The notes beneath the pieces were generated by a model. The model made no database searches. It saw only the letters and a program-made list of their open reading frames with translations, and was not told the origin of the DNA. From a virus: a stretch of DNA of 64,000 bases. This document shows, one piece after another, positions 1-9,900 of this stretch. The DNA lies in IMG/VR virus record IMGVR_UViG_3300009506_000003, positions 32,001 to 96,000 of that record. The stretch is one strand, 5' to 3'. The translations under genes and the position numbers were made by a program. The stretch's first letter is position 1; every line of letters begins with the position of its first letter.

Positions 1-587
1 CGTATGATGCCACCAGTAGCGGTGGTCCATGACGTTCCTTGAAGAACTGACTCCGTGTTGACGATGACCCGCAGCACCCCAGACTTGGGAACCAGACTGT
101 CCAGAGTTGGAGTCTCAACCGCTATCAACCCATCCAGGTCGGCTTCCATGCCGACTGCAGTGACCCCGTCTGCGGTCACCATCGGGGCCCACTTCTTCCT
201 GTACGTCTTGATGCTGACTGGTGGGAGCCACGACACGTCTCCGTCGCAGTCCATAGCTCCGTCTTCGTCGTAGTTGTTCTTCGGCGCTAAGTACTGCTCC
301 CTGGTGTACGGAGCGCCGGATACTCCACGTGGGTAGACGGCACACCCCATCTCCTGAGCTTCAGGAGTCGAAGGGTCCCACACGAGCATGCCATCTTGAT
401 CTACGCCCTGGGTTGTACCGTCCCAATACACACCCGTGAGCCGCTTCTTCGCAATCTTTCGGAACGAAGAGGCCACAAAAGGCTGAATGGAGAGGTCAGC
501 CTCGTAGGCCAAGCAGCCATCCAAGTCCGCCCCAAAGGACGAACCGTCCGTGTAGACGGGTGCTGCAATCAGGGCGTGGTCAGCCAC
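1..587 (-). CDS. Hypothetical virion-module protein (partial, runs off the window)
   Basis: Not in the ORF track because there is no stop in the window. GTG at 587 follows a GGAG SD overlapping the previous stop; open frame MADHALIAAPVYTDGSSFGADLDGCLAYEADLSIQPF... continues to base 1. Confidence 0.75.
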   Translation of the reverse strand, partial: MADHALIAAPVYTDGSSFGADLDGCLAYEADLSIQPFVASSFRKIAKKRLTGVYWDGTTQGVDQDGMLVWDPSTPEAQEMGCAVYPRGVSGAPYTREQYLAPKNNYDEDGAMDCDGDVSWLPPVSIKTYRKKWAPMVTADGVTAVGMEADLDGLIAVETPTLDSLVPKSGVLRVIVNTESVLQGTSWTTATGGII

Positions 588-597
588 TCAAACGCTC

Positions 598-1641
598 CTA
601 CAGCGGCCCAAGAAGGATAGACGCAGTGGTGCTGGTCACCAGGGCAAGATAGGCGTTGACGCCATCAGTGACATTGTCCCCTTTGATGACACCCTGACCA
701 TCGCAGCTCTCCATGTTGTAGCAGTACCCCACAAAACCTGTGAGACCTGACACGGAGATGGACACCGACATCACCCCTCCAGCAAGCTCTCCACTCCATT
801 CTGATGGGTCGTTGTACGAAGCGTCAGAGAGCAGAGTGTAGTAGGCTCTGTTCTGATGCGCTGTGGAGCCGTTGTAGACCCCATTCGGGCACAGTCCCGT
901 GTACCCGTAGAAGTAGTAGTAGTCGTTGCTGAAGTTGGTCATGTAGCACGCCATGGCAGGATGGGGGTTCTCCCCAATGACCGCCCCGGCGTCGAAGCCT
1001 GACCCCAGCGTCGACTGGAAGGTGATGGACCCAGCGGCGATGGACTGGATCGTGTGCCACTCAGCATTCCCCCAGTTGGCACTCCCCGAGTTGTGCCCGT
1101 GGTTGTAGATCAAAACCTTCTGACCCACGATCAGCTTCGTCGTCATGTCCGACGCCACGTTCACCGTCTGAACGCCTGCAGCGTACGCCGCTGTCGTGCG
1201 AGTCAAGCCCGCTTTGCTCGGGTGGAGACCACGACGGAGGAACCCCTCATAGAACTTGTACCAGGTTCCGTTGTAGATGAAGACGCCGGCGACCGCGAAC
1301 TGGTTGACCCGGAAGTGGTACTGCAAGTTGGACCAGCCGGACATGTACGATTGGTTGCCTGACGAGCTGTTCTCGTGCGTCCCGGTGTGCGAAGTGGTGT
1401 CCCAGTCCGTGTAGGTGTTCCACGAGAAGTAGTTGGCGCTGGAAACGCCCCACCTCATTCGCAGGTAGCAGTAGTTCAAAGCCGTGGCGTCGATGGGAGT
1501 GCTTCGGAACACAATGTCTCTGCTGCCGGCGCTGTCGCTCAAGATGTCGTGAGCAGTCCACCCGTTTGCCAGAAGACCGGTGCGGATAGCCTGGTACAGA
1601 GCATCTCCGTCGGCCGCAGTTCCTGTGTAGTATTGTGCCAT
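598..1641 (-). CDS. Putative tail/virion structural protein (Tyr/Asn/Ser/Gly-rich)
   Basis: 347 aa, SD GGAGGACAGG, beta-rich composition, tail gene context. Confidence 0.6.
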   Translation of the reverse strand: MAQYYTGTAADGDALYQAIRTGLLANGWTAHDILSDSAGSRDIVFRSTPIDATALNYCYLRMRWGVSSANYFSWNTYTDWDTTSHTGTHENSSSGNQSYMSGWSNLQYHFRVNQFAVAGVFIYNGTWYKFYEGFLRRGLHPSKAGLTRTTAAYAAGVQTVNVASDMTTKLIVGQKVLIYNHGHNSGSANWGNAEWHTIQSIAAGSITFQSTLGSGFDAGAVIGENPHPAMACYMTNFSNDYYYFYGYTGLCPNGVYNGSTAHQNRAYYTLLSDASYNDPSEWSGELAGGVMSVSISVSGLTGFVGYCYNMESCDGQGVIKGDNVTDGVNAYLALVTSTTASILLGPL

Positions 1642-1653
1642 GGTCCTGTCCTC

Positions 1654-2043
1654 CTACAATTCTTGAACTTGAAGATCCCCGATGGGGAACTCCAAGATGT
1701 CGTCAAGGCCGATTGTTTTGGGCGCCGTGAGGTTGCCGTAGTAGAGCATGTTCCCTACCGTCAACGCATCCATGATGGCGTAGTGCCCAATGGTCCCCCA
1801 CGACCCGGTGGCTGTGGGGAAAGTGATCGCCGCCGAGTTCGTGACGATGCCACCAGAAGCCGCACCGAACGTAATCAGCTTCCTAGCGTACCCAGCCCCA
1901 GAGACCTCAGTACCGCCGCCTGCCTCACCTGGACCGGATCCGTCGATGAACAGGGCCATGTAGGGTTGGACAGCGGACTGAGCATTGTTGCGCAGAAAAT
2001 GCTCGAGCACCACGTTCTCGAACCAGTTTGTTTTTGCCGTCAT
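1654..2043 (-). CDS. Small phage tail-associated structural protein (paralog 1)
   Basis: GYAR...TNSAAITFPTATGSWGTI.HYAI.DA.T.GN pattern typical of a widespread small phage tail protein family; SD GGAGG. Confidence 0.75.
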   Translation of the reverse strand: MTAKTNWFENVVLEHFLRNNAQSAVQPYMALFIDGSGPGEAGGGTEVSGAGYARKLITFGAASGGIVTNSAAITFPTATGSWGTIGHYAIMDALTVGNMLYYGNLTAPKTIGLDDILEFPIGDLQVQEL

Positions 2044-2072
2044 GCTTCAGTCCTCCTTCAGACTCTCATACC

Positions 2073-2495
2073 TCAATTCGCCGTGATAAGCATTCCCCCG
2101 CTCGGGATTCGGAAGATGTCCCCAGCTTCGACCGCCTTTGGTGAAGCCAGATCTCCGTGCACCACGTACCTCGCGTTCGTGGCGTCATACAGGAACCAGT
2201 AGGCAACCGTGCCCCAGCTCCCAGTAGCGGCAGGCGTCCACGTGAAAGAGACACCGTTGGTCTTGGTTGTCACGCCACCCCCGTCAGTGGAGGCAGCGGG
2301 GAATGTCGTGGCGTTGTTGGTTACGGTCAGGCGCCCGTAGCCTCCGCCTGAAGGCTCGGTGATTCCCGTACCGTCATCGCTGATCGGCGTAGTAGACAAC
2401 CCAAGCTGATAGCTGGCAGGGGTGTACCCTGCAATGGCTCCCGCCCCGAATACGAGGTCCAGTACCGTACGTTCGCCTACGTCGAATAGACTCAT
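2073..2495 (-). CDS. Small phage tail-associated structural protein (paralog 2)
   Basis: Shares GYGR...TN...F...ATGSWGTV..W.LYDA...GDL.SPK.V..GD with 1654-2043; ATGA overlap with the upstream gene. Confidence 0.75.
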   Translation of the reverse strand: MSLFDVGERTVLDLVFGAGAIAGYTPASYQLGLSTTPISDDGTGITEPSGGGYGRLTVTNNATTFPAASTDGGGVTTKTNGVSFTWTPAATGSWGTVAYWFLYDATNARYVVHGDLASPKAVEAGDIFRIPSGGMLITAN

Positions 2496-5400
2496 GGCTG
2501 CGCTCCAAATGTCAAAGTGACGGGGGTGTTTGACGTCTCTGTGAACGCGGCATCGATGGCGATTCTGCCGGGGTCAACGTACCCCTTGATGTAGAAGGTT
2601 TGGTTGCGAGTCGGGTCCGGGTGGCCAGAGACTGACACAAACTGCCCGACCATCCCAGGCGTGAAGATGTCTCGCACTGGGGGAGCCCAGTCCCAGTTCA
2701 TCGCCAGCCCCACAACGTCCATGTAGATTGCTCGCAGTAGCTGCTCGGTAATCCCGGAGTTGTATTCGAAGGACGCCGCCAGGACCTGCTGCTTCAAATG
2801 AACAGGCCGTACAATCCTGTAGGCCAGATCACTGTCCGTACCGAAGACGGGGTCGGTACCGTCTGCAAGGCGAACCACCAGACTGGTAGGATCGAGAGTG
2901 GGAGGCAGCGGAGCAATGTGCCAGCGCTCGTTGCTTCTCGTAGCGGTGGCTCCGCTGTCGTTGCGAACCTCCACAGAGGTCGGATCGACGTAGGACGTGA
3001 TGATGGCGGACTTCTGCTCGGCATACGCCCAGAAGTCATCGAACACGATAGTGCGGCCCACCATGGAAGGGGACATCCCAGTCAGCCCCGTCACTACCCC
3101 AGTGGTCCAATTCACCGTACAGTTCAAACCTCGAAGGTTTGAGTCGCGATGCACAATAACATACTCGCCCTGGCTGGCTGGCAAGGTGGGGTTCGCGCGG
3201 TCTTTCTCGATGACTACGTGGTCTCCTACTCTCACGCTGGCTTTGACGAAGTCCGCTGCAGCAGAGGACACCACGTTGTCAGCAACTACCAAGTCGGTGC
3301 CGCGGTAGAGGGTTGGGGCTTCTCGTCGGAGAATGGTGCAGATGAGGTTGCTGCCGAACTGAAACTGCTTCGTCACGAGGTGATGCTTCGGGGTCCCCAT
3401 GCGAGTCACAGGTAGGGTGTAGTACGTGTAGTCGTCTGGGTCTGGGCCAAACGCTGACCACCCAAGATGAAGAGTGTTCTCGTCGATAACCTCTTCGATC
3501 TCGTACATCCCGGGCTGCGTAGGCGTAGAGCCCTCCTGGCCTTGCAAGATCACCAGGATGTCTCCTTCGATGGGAGACCATGGCCGAAGGGTAGCGGACT
3601 CCCCACCGTACTGCCTGCCGCGGACCATGTCCAAGTCCCAGCCCGTCGCAGACGATGCAAGGATGTTGGTGCCTACGATCTCGTAGCTGACTCCAGATTG
3701 AAGAGCGGTGAACGGGGTCCCTACGACTTTGACAATCGTGTAGTCTGACGTGTCCAGAATGTCGACTGAGAGGATCTCGTAGTCCCCCACGTAGGAACCA
3801 CTCAGCACTCGAAGAGTGTCTCCCGCCCGGGGAGGGTGAGGGATCATCGTGGTGATGTAGCCACTCATTCTGAAGAGAGAAGGATTGCCCAGAGCTCCGG
3901 CCTGCCCTCCAGTTCCGGACGTTCTCGGTTGGGATGTCGATTCCGAAGTGACGACATCCTGAAGCATACGAGGCGTGCGTGTATTAAACGGCGCCGAACC
4001 AGCGTTCCACAGCAACCCGCCCTGCTGATTGTAGTCGTTGGACCGCGCGGTGGCTTCCAGTCCCCAGATGTTGTCGTAGAACTTCATCACCTCCCGGCCG
4101 CCAAGAACGTCCGTCAGCTCGATGTCGTCCACGAGCTCGAGGAGGGTAGAGGTCACGACTTTTGTGTAGGCAGGTTTGATCTGCCTCACAAAGTCTACTG
4201 CGAACTGCACGTCGTCTGCGTTGAAGGTGCGGCTGTCGATAAAGACCTTGAACGTGAAGTACTTCAAGATCTCCAATCCCTGGAAGGTGCGCTGCCACCA
4301 GAGAGGGTCCTTCACATAGTCGACGACATCCACACCCTTGGAGATGGGCGCGAAGCGGACAATCTTGTCTCCGATGGCGTAGGGCCGCTGGGTGGCCGGA
4401 TTGGTCTCCAACCCCACTGCTGTCGAGTAGAAGTAGACCCTACGGAACCCCAACCTCTTTCCGGTTACCTCGTCCGTATCTTCAATCAGGATGCGGCCGA
4501 GAGGGTTCCCTTCCGTGTCTACGGTGAAGCTGTCCTGCACTTCAAGGACCACACCGGTCTCTTCGGAGAATGGAAGGCCCAAAAGAATCTGCAGCCCCAA
4601 CCGGATGTTCGAGATGGTAGGGCCGTTCGTGTAGGCGAAGAAGAGACCTTTCACTGCACTGAGGTAAGGAGCTCGAGTTCTACTCTCAGTGAGGTCATCC
4701 TTCAACAACCCGACCAGCCTGCCAAAGTTGCCTTCAACCACAGCCGAGTTGTCGAAGATGGCGCACTCCATCCAGAACTTCTCAGGGGAAGGCTCAGAGA
4801 TCGAGAAGAGATCACTGACAAACGTCAGCATCCCGTCCTCAATGACATAGTCGAGGTTCTCACGAAGAGCTACAGGGGGATCGATGACGCTCTCTTGCAG
4901 GACGGGCGCACTGACCAGCTCGTCTGGCACCCTCGCCTTTTGGTTGTGGATGATCTCTTTCGCTTTGAAGGTGACGCCATACTGAGAGAACGGACGGGTG
5001 TTGAGGTTGATGCCTGTGGGCATGAAGCTGATGAGAGTCTCAGCCGCCGCAGCGATGTCCTCATTGCTCGCCTGACCAGGGACAATCCTCAAGTCCAGAA
5101 CGATCTTCCTGAAGAGGGCCCGGTCGAAGTTCCCTCCGGTCTTGCCTCTCTCAACCCATTCGATTCCAGGATTGGCTGAGTCCGCCCCAGACGCGAGACG
5201 GTTCTCAATCGTGACCGCGTCTTCTGAAAGGAAACCTCGAATGCGATAGACCCCGGGATTATCCCCGTTGAGAATCTCGAGCCAGCCACCCACAGAAGTG
5301 GGGCGTATATTCTTCAATCCGCTGACTGTGACTAGCCCTCCAGACTCCACCAACGTAGCGTCGGAGCCGCTGTTCACCACCGGGTCGAGAACAGCGCCTG

Positions 5401-6952
5401 AAAACTCGAAGCCGATCCTGTCTCGGTCTGCCCCCACCACCTGGCCGTACACGTCTGTGGTCAGCCCAAGGTCTGCCCGAGAGACTTCAAACACCACCAG
5501 GTCTCCTGGGCTGACCCCCGCGTCCTCGAACCCAGATCCTGGAACATGCAGAAGATGCGGGATCCTCCACGACGCCCCAACCACACCTTCAGGCATGGCT
5601 TCTTCGTCTGTGATGATGAGGGAGTAGTCCCTCCCTACCGTGATACTCACAGTTGACCCGCCGGTGAAGGCAGGCACGGGCCCGCCCGGCGGGTCGGCCG
5701 GGTACGCAACAGTCAGGTCGTAGGACCCAATCGCCTTCAGGAGATAGTCACCTGCATCGTCCCCATCGTTGATGGTCAGTTTGTCCCCTACCTGAGACGC
5801 TCCGAAGTCCACGCCTGTAGGGTCGATGATCACGTACGAGAGACCAGTCTCCGCGGTAGGGAAGACAGTCCCACTGAGGACGAGGGCGGTCTCCAACATC
5901 GCGTTCAGGATTTGATAGTCACCAGCGTAGGTGCCGGAAAGGATTCGAAGGATGTGAGACGAAGTCACGCCATCCGTTTGGAAGGTGGCATTGGCATCAT
6001 CGAACCGCGCGGTGGCGGCCAGCGTTTCGCCGTCGGTCTGGTCTCCAGAAAGAGGAAGCAGTTTGGCAATGGTATTGCTGGAAGGAACTGCGCTGAGACC
6101 AGTGAGGTTCTCTACTACCAGCGTCTCGTTCGCCACTCGACTGATCGTGTGGGCTTCCCCATTGACCACCACCACGCGGCCCTTAGCCCCGTAGTTGCCG
6201 CCCAGGTTGGTGAAGTCGGTCTTGTCTCCGTCTCCTACTCGGCCTTTTCGAACCCGGAAAACGGAAGTCATGCCTGTGCCGGGGACGGTACCGAGTGGGC
6301 CTGTCTCTCCTCCCACGCCTGCATCGGTTTTGCCCGCGATGATTCTCTGATCGAGGGCAGTGCTCACGTCGGTACGCATGCTGACGCTTTGCCAGCGCCG
6401 CTGGAACGTTGGCTGGATCGTGTCCAAAGACTTGTTGAGGTTCACACCCCAGATCTTCATCAGGTCGGTACCGATGACCTGAATAGCTGACGACCAGATA
6501 GAAGTGATCTTTTCCCGGTCCTCGACGAGCTTCCAAAAGTCGGAGATGTAGCTCCACAAGAAGTGGGCGTCGGGAATGATGTTCTCCCCGCAAGGAACTC
6601 GGGAGATCTGAATGTTGACGGTACAGGTGATCGGGTCGCTGTCGAGCTCTCCGTCGTTGACGATGAGCTGAACAACGTACACGCCTGTCTTGTCAGGAAC
6701 GAAAGAGACCGCAGTGGAGTTCGGACGGATGTCTTTGAAGCCCGCCCCTTCGACCTCGCTACCAATGGGTACTTGGGTGAACTTCCAATGGTGCGTTACG
6801 GTCTCCCCATCCGGGTCGTAGCTCTTGCGACCGTCGAGCTGGATGATGGACCCGACCAACGTGTCAATCTTGGTTGTCGCCAATACGGCTACCGGCTTGG
6901 CGTTGGAGCTGCCAGTTACGCTCGTAGCGAATCTTCTAGTCGGGGTACTCAC
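2492..6952 (-). CDS. Large baseplate wedge/tail protein with N-terminal PKD/Ig-like domain
   Basis: N-terminal LDGRKSYDPDG...W.F...G.Y.V.L.VNDG is PKD-like; FVRQIKPAYT resembles the KPAHT motif of baseplate wedge proteins; several beta-repeat inserts. Confidence 0.65.
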   Translation of the reverse strand: MSTPTRRFATSVTGSSNAKPVAVLATTKIDTLVGSIIQLDGRKSYDPDGETVTHHWKFTQVPIGSEVEGAGFKDIRPNSTAVSFVPDKTGVYVVQLIVNDGELDSDPITCTVNIQISRVPCGENIIPDAHFLWSYISDFWKLVEDREKITSIWSSAIQVIGTDLMKIWGVNLNKSLDTIQPTFQRRWQSVSMRTDVSTALDQRIIAGKTDAGVGGETGPLGTVPGTGMTSVFRVRKGRVGDGDKTDFTNLGGNYGAKGRVVVVNGEAHTISRVANETLVVENLTGLSAVPSSNTIAKLLPLSGDQTDGETLAATARFDDANATFQTDGVTSSHILRILSGTYAGDYQILNAMLETALVLSGTVFPTAETGLSYVIIDPTGVDFGASQVGDKLTINDGDDAGDYLLKAIGSYDLTVAYPADPPGGPVPAFTGGSTVSITVGRDYSLIITDEEAMPEGVVGASWRIPHLLHVPGSGFEDAGVSPGDLVVFEVSRADLGLTTDVYGQVVGADRDRIGFEFSGAVLDPVVNSGSDATLVESGGLVTVSGLKNIRPTSVGGWLEILNGDNPGVYRIRGFLSEDAVTIENRLASGADSANPGIEWVERGKTGGNFDRALFRKIVLDLRIVPGQASNEDIAAAAETLISFMPTGINLNTRPFSQYGVTFKAKEIIHNQKARVPDELVSAPVLQESVIDPPVALRENLDYVIEDGMLTFVSDLFSISEPSPEKFWMECAIFDNSAVVEGNFGRLVGLLKDDLTESRTRAPYLSAVKGLFFAYTNGPTISNIRLGLQILLGLPFSEETGVVLEVQDSFTVDTEGNPLGRILIEDTDEVTGKRLGFRRVYFYSTAVGLETNPATQRPYAIGDKIVRFAPISKGVDVVDYVKDPLWWQRTFQGLEILKYFTFKVFIDSRTFNADDVQFAVDFVRQIKPAYTKVVTSTLLELVDDIELTDVLGGREVMKFYDNIWGLEATARSNDYNQQGGLLWNAGSAPFNTRTPRMLQDVVTSESTSQPRTSGTGGQAGALGNPSLFRMSGYITTMIPHPPRAGDTLRVLSGSYVGDYEILSVDILDTSDYTIVKVVGTPFTALQSGVSYEIVGTNILASSATGWDLDMVRGRQYGGESATLRPWSPIEGDILVILQGQEGSTPTQPGMYEIEEVIDENTLHLGWSAFGPDPDDYTYYTLPVTRMGTPKHHLVTKQFQFGSNLICTILRREAPTLYRGTDLVVADNVVSSAAADFVKASVRVGDHVVIEKDRANPTLPASQGEYVIVHRDSNLRGLNCTVNWTTGVVTGLTGMSPSMVGRTIVFDDFWAYAEQKSAIITSYVDPTSVEVRNDSGATATRSNERWHIAPLPPTLDPTSLVVRLADGTDPVFGTDSDLAYRIVRPVHLKQQVLAASFEYNSGITEQLLRAIYMDVVGLAMNWDWAPPVRDIFTPGMVGQFVSVSGHPDPTRNQTFYIKGYVDPGRIAIDAAFTETSNTPVTLTFGAQP

Positions 6953-9900
6953 TACACATCCTCAGCTTCTATGATGACGTTGAATGCTTGGTCGAACTGG
7001 CTCAGTGCCTCCTCCTCGTCCAAAACCCTCCTGACGTCTAACTCGAACCCGTCGGAGATCCCGTACTTCAAGAGGTCCCAGTGAGAGACGCTCAACACCT
7101 CCGAGTCCACGTGCCCAATCCGTATCCTAGCATTGGTGCTTGAGGTTGTGGGCTCGAAACCCGGCTCGTCTATCTCAAGAATCACGTCCTCATCGATTCT
7201 CAAGACCACCTTGCCGCCCACCGTCTTCTCAAAACGATAGAGATGGAACTTGGTCCAGTCGACCTGGGCGTAGGTGCCCGCCACATCCTCATCCCCAGCT
7301 CTGATGGCATCAAGGTTCTCTTTGAATCCATCGGCAGTGGAGTCGAACTTCTTGTGCTGGAGTGCCACGATCTTGCCCAAGGGGGGACCGGCCTCAGCAA
7401 AGTTGATGCTCCACAAGAAAGTGCCATCGAAGATCTGGACTACCACACCCGTGAACGCGCGAATCGGGTTCACCCCCTCCGTCCAGCGGGTCGACCCTTC
7501 ACTGACCGTGTACGATGCAACTCGAGATCTCCACTCGACGTGCCATCCTGAGTCAGACTGAAGAACGCCAATCAACTCCCTATCGAACCTCTGGTTGAGG
7601 AGTCCCACGTCCGAGATAATCGCGAACGTCGGGTCGACTATCTCCTCCCACTCGATCTCGGGGTTTCCACTGTCGGCCCCAGATGCGGAGGGATTCTCGA
7701 TGGTGACCTCGTACCCAGTGATGTACCCGCTGATCCGGTAGATGCCTGGATGGTCCCCATTGAGGATTCGAAGGTAGTTGCCCACTGACTCAGCAGACAT
7801 GCCCGTCAGTCCAGATACGGAGACTACCCCGGCTGCTTCTTCGATACTCGCATCGGCCCCCTGGTTGGACTCTTGAGAATCCGTCCCAGGCACCACGGTG
7901 CCACCAACACTGGGGGCCCACGATGGTGTAGCAGACACCAGGTCTCTCCAGTCCGTCACCTGCCCCAAGTAGGAATAGCGGATCCTCCGAACGAACATCT
8001 CAGCTTCAGCGTCCACCGCATTCGCGTTGTGCAAGAACCCGATTCCGGGACCCGGAAGAGCTGCGGCTGGAAGGTCTATCGCTAGCACCTCCACCACGAG
8101 ATCCTCCGTCAAGCCCTCGTCCGTCTCGATGATGTTGTAGAGCTTCACCCGGTCTCCGGGCTGGTAGATGAGACGGTACTGGCGCTCAGTGCCGAAGGAC
8201 TGTTGCCCGCCTTCATAGGATGACAAGAGCTCAGGGTTCGCAGAGTCTGTCAGGATGCCGACGTACTGCGTCCCAGCACTGTCCTGCAGCAAGGCAAACC
8301 GGACGTCATTTGTCCCGTCGCTGATGTAGACCTCGATGCCAGTAGAGGCTGCTCCCTCTTCTTGCCTGACCACGGAGCCAGAAAGCCAGAAGTCCAAAAC
8401 GATGGGCCCTGTGACTCGAGGCTCTATGCGGTGGTAGCCAATGCTCTCCGCGCCTTGGCGACGGGTGAGCTGCAAACCGAGAGGGCACACCCGTTGGTAC
8501 CCACCCCAGGTGCCAAACGAAGCCGGCAAGGGTAACCACGGGCTCGAGGCGTCCAGTGGAGCGCTCTCAGTGCCATCGTACTCTATCTGGTTGTTCGTTC
8601 TGATGATGGAGACGTGCCCGCCTGCGGGGATACCATTGGCAACAGCTCGACTCACCTCGTTGTGAAGGAAGACACCCTTCCAGCGGCTGACACTGGTGGC
8701 GGCCGTTTCAACACCATGCCCGAAAATGACCCACGGTTGAGGTGTGCGAATCTCCCAAGAGGGGACAGAACCGAAAGCGGATACGGTAGTCTCGATGAGC
8801 AGGCGGTCACTGTCCGCGAACTCATCTTTCACATACAGCTTCACCAAGTCGAGCTGGGGGTGCCACAGCAGCTTGAAGGTGTTCGAGCCATCAGGATTCA
8901 AAGCAGCGCCCACGTCCCAGTCAAAGGCTGTACTTGGAACCACTACCTGGGGCCCTGTGAGGCCCGCATCGTACAGCGCTACCGTGCGCCCGCCATCGTC
9001 GATGAACTTGACCACAACTCCAGAGTCGTTTGCATACAACCCGACCTGCACCCCGCTGAGGATGCCAGAGTAGGCCACCTCTGAAGCATTCAGCTTCAGG
9101 GTGAACTCGATCATCATGGGAGCGTCCGGATTGGCCGGTGCCTCGAGCCCACCCATACGGAGTACGGCCTCCTGATTGCTGCCGCCGGCGAGCTTGGAGA
9201 TCTTCAGGTAGTCCCCATCGAGCTCGAGCTCAGCCGGGTTGTTGGGGTGCCCAGACAGTGCTTCGAAGTGCATCGTGGGAAAGTCGAGGTCCTGTGGAAG
9301 CTCATCTCCCAGGTAGAACACCGGGCCGTTTCCCAGGTAGACGTTGACCTTTCCGCGGTCAACCTCAGAGTCCGGGTCCCGAAGACTGCACCGAAGGCTA
9401 GACCCAACCTTTGCAGTGGAGTTGTGCAAGGGAACGATGTTGGTGACAATGGCTGCTTCACTGAAAACAGAGAAGCTCCACACCACACTTGAACCCTCGC
9501 CTCCTGGCCCAGAGGTCTCCACCCTCCAGTAGTAGAGCGACCCCGCGGACAGTGTTCCTGGATCATATGTCAGGCCGGTCTGGAATCCCTTGAACGTTCC
9601 ACCGACGCCGGCGAGGACATCAGCTTCCACCTGCCCGAAGTACACGTTGTACCCGTCGATGTGAGGGTCGCCTCCGACCGGAGCCGCCCATTCCAGTTGC
9701 TGCGTGGACGGGATTCCTGTGGACCCGTTCGGGGGGTCCACGATAGTTGGCGGGTCCGGAGCGGCCGGGGTCAACACGGTGAAGCTCCAGATGGCTCCCT
9801 TGGTGGTACCACCTTCCCCGACAGTATCGATTCTCCAATAGTGCGTCAGGCCGAAGCTCAGCGTGCCTGGATCGTAGGTTGTTCCTGCTTGATTCCCTTT

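Noticed and set aside
598-1641. Tyr/Asn-rich tail protein as a diversity-generating retroelement target
   Set aside because: No reverse transcriptase and no template/variable repeat pair seen in the window.
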